Below, piece by piece: positions 62,637 to 64,000 of a stretch of DNA of 64,000 bases; position 1 is the first letter of the stretch, and each line of letters starts with the position of its first letter. The notes under the pieces were generated by a model that ran no database searches, was not told the origin of the DNA, and saw nothing but the letters and a program-made list of their open reading frames with translations. Made by a program: the position numbers and the translations under genes. The DNA is from Anthoceros angustus (lineage: Eukaryota; Plantae; Anthocerotophyta): assembly GCA_010909165.1 (NCBI GenBank), contig MU008165.1:1674001-1738000 (forward strand), read 5' to 3'.

Positions 62637-63776
62637 GGCGAGCAGGTCGAGAAGATGGAGGGCTGTCGGGAATGAGGAGGCGATGTGACTCAAGATGTTA
62701 GAATCCACGGTCCTAAAGTTTTACGGGCTAACTTACCGCTTACATACGTTGCATAACTGTTAGTTGTTGTCGTCGGTTAACAGGTGCTAACCCGTTACCA
62801 AGTTGCTAAATTAGCTAGCTAATAAGTTAGCAAGTTAGGTGTGAAAGCTCCAAGAGACGAGATGGTGGACGATATTTGTGACGAAGCTGTCGATATTTGT
62901 TGTTACGGACAGCAGCGTGTGACAGAGACAAGCACAGGCCCAGGGAGGGGCCCGGCCAATCCCGACTGAACTCGGGTTAAAAAAGGACGTGGTTGAGTTA
63001 ACGCAGCCCGTGTGCGTGGTGTTTGAGCCCGAGATCACGTCCCAGCATTGCGACAAGGCGACGTCTCCACGACACACACTTTCTTTCTCCTTCTATTACA
63101 CGAAGTTTGTGGCCTGTGTGGGCTCTTGAGCCCATCGCCAGTTCGGCCGTAGCTGCCGGAGAAGGGCATTCTGTGGGCTGCATCACGCAGCATCTAGTAG
63201 CGGGGCGCCTGGAGCAAGCTGTGAGAATCCGAAATTGGTGCCTTCCAGTCGCCTGAGCCTGAGCCTGAGCCGGAGGTAAAACTTGTACAGTACGTACGTC
63301 TGGATGTGCGTTTGGTTTGTGGGTCCCGTCATTCCGACATCGCCCCCCGTCTGCTGTGGAGATCCCGGCTCCCTCCCTGTTTGGCGCAAAGCTGGGCAAC
63401 AGTGGGCATGGCATGAAGCTGGGTGTACCATATCTATCACGTCCTGGCGTTAATCGCGAAAAGGGGCGGGAGTGATGGCCTCCTTCTCTCTGTTTCCTCT
63501 CTCCCCATTTCATGCGCGTCGCCCTGCTGCGGAGCGCCGGCTGTAAGGCGTCTTGCTGTCGTGGGTGGTTGCGGACTGTGGGAGTACGTGGTGGATTTTG
63601 TGCGGCTGGCTTGCCGAGCTTCGTGTTGGTTTGTGTGGATTTTGCTTCTTGTTGGGTGTCGGATTTGGTGGGAATTGGGGCTGGTTTGGTGTAGGGTTTG
63701 ATAATCCTTCTTGTGGCAGCGCGTAGCCGCGGCCTGCTCCTAGGCCTGCGCAGGGCGGAGGCGTCTACGGAGGAGG

Positions 63777-63935
63777 ATGGCAGCGGTGGGGAAACCGTTG
63801 CCGGTGCTGGATCAGCAGAGCACTAAGGAGCTCAATCTCACCGTACTGCAGCGGATGGACCGGCACGTCGAGGATATTCTCACCACCGCTGGCCATGTCA
63901 CCTTCTACGAGTTCAGTGTCGAGCTCAGCCAATGG
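63777..63935 (+). CDS. DCP1: mRNA-decapping enzyme subunit 1, first coding exon (continues beyond the window)
   Basis: 'MAAVGKPLPVLDQQSTKELNLTVLQRMDRHVEDILTTAGHVTFYEFSVELSQW', then a GT donor at 63936. The intron ends in CAG at 64000. Confidence 0.93.
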
Positions 63936-64000
63936 GTACGTCACGCTACTCGTGTTGGTTCCCCGATTGCCGTGGTATGCCTTTTGGTCCATTCTTGCAG

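Noticed and set aside
62725-62990. Possible small MITE (CTAACTT...AAGTTAG) and a SINE-like tail near 62950-62985
   Set aside because: Single copies with very short inverted repeats and no TSD. Insufficient evidence.

Overview
Eukaryotic land-plant DNA. Short GT-AG introns of about 60-150 bp and tight gene packing suggest a bryophyte such as a hornwort, but this is inference. Recognisable intron-containing host genes: a WAT1/UMAMIT transporter (2.3-4.3 kb, +), two intact tandem class-II O-methyltransferases (32-34 kb and 39.6-41 kb, -) plus a third decayed OMT remnant (~47.2 kb), SF3B5 (45.2-45.9 kb, -), and a dense housekeeping block at 56.6-64 kb: LCMT1 (-), ARP7 (+), DPH4 (-), TGD5 (-) and the first coding exon of DCP1 (+). 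The rest is a nested transposon graveyard. It includes a Sola-like transposase relic, and a Copia hit twice by a second Copia family whose LTR has non-canonical TA...TA ends. There are two inverted copies of a Gypsy-like 3' region with an antisense extra ORF, and a complete 15.2-kb CACTA element (16193-31405, both TIRs and an AGC target-site duplication). Two CRE-like restriction-endonuclease non-LTR elements and a Harbinger-like TIR element inside a Copia RT complete the set. The most interesting observation is the TGD5->DPH4 pair on the same strand, with only 129 nt between stop and start: a candidate bicistronic or fusion-spliced locus. Also notable are a 67-bp near-perfect hairpin lying exactly over a CRE endonuclease active site, and telomere-like repeats at the 5' junction of that element. 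Two blocks (20.8-24.5 kb and 48-55 kb) are microhomology-joined, indel-rich tandem copies that may be assembly artefacts.
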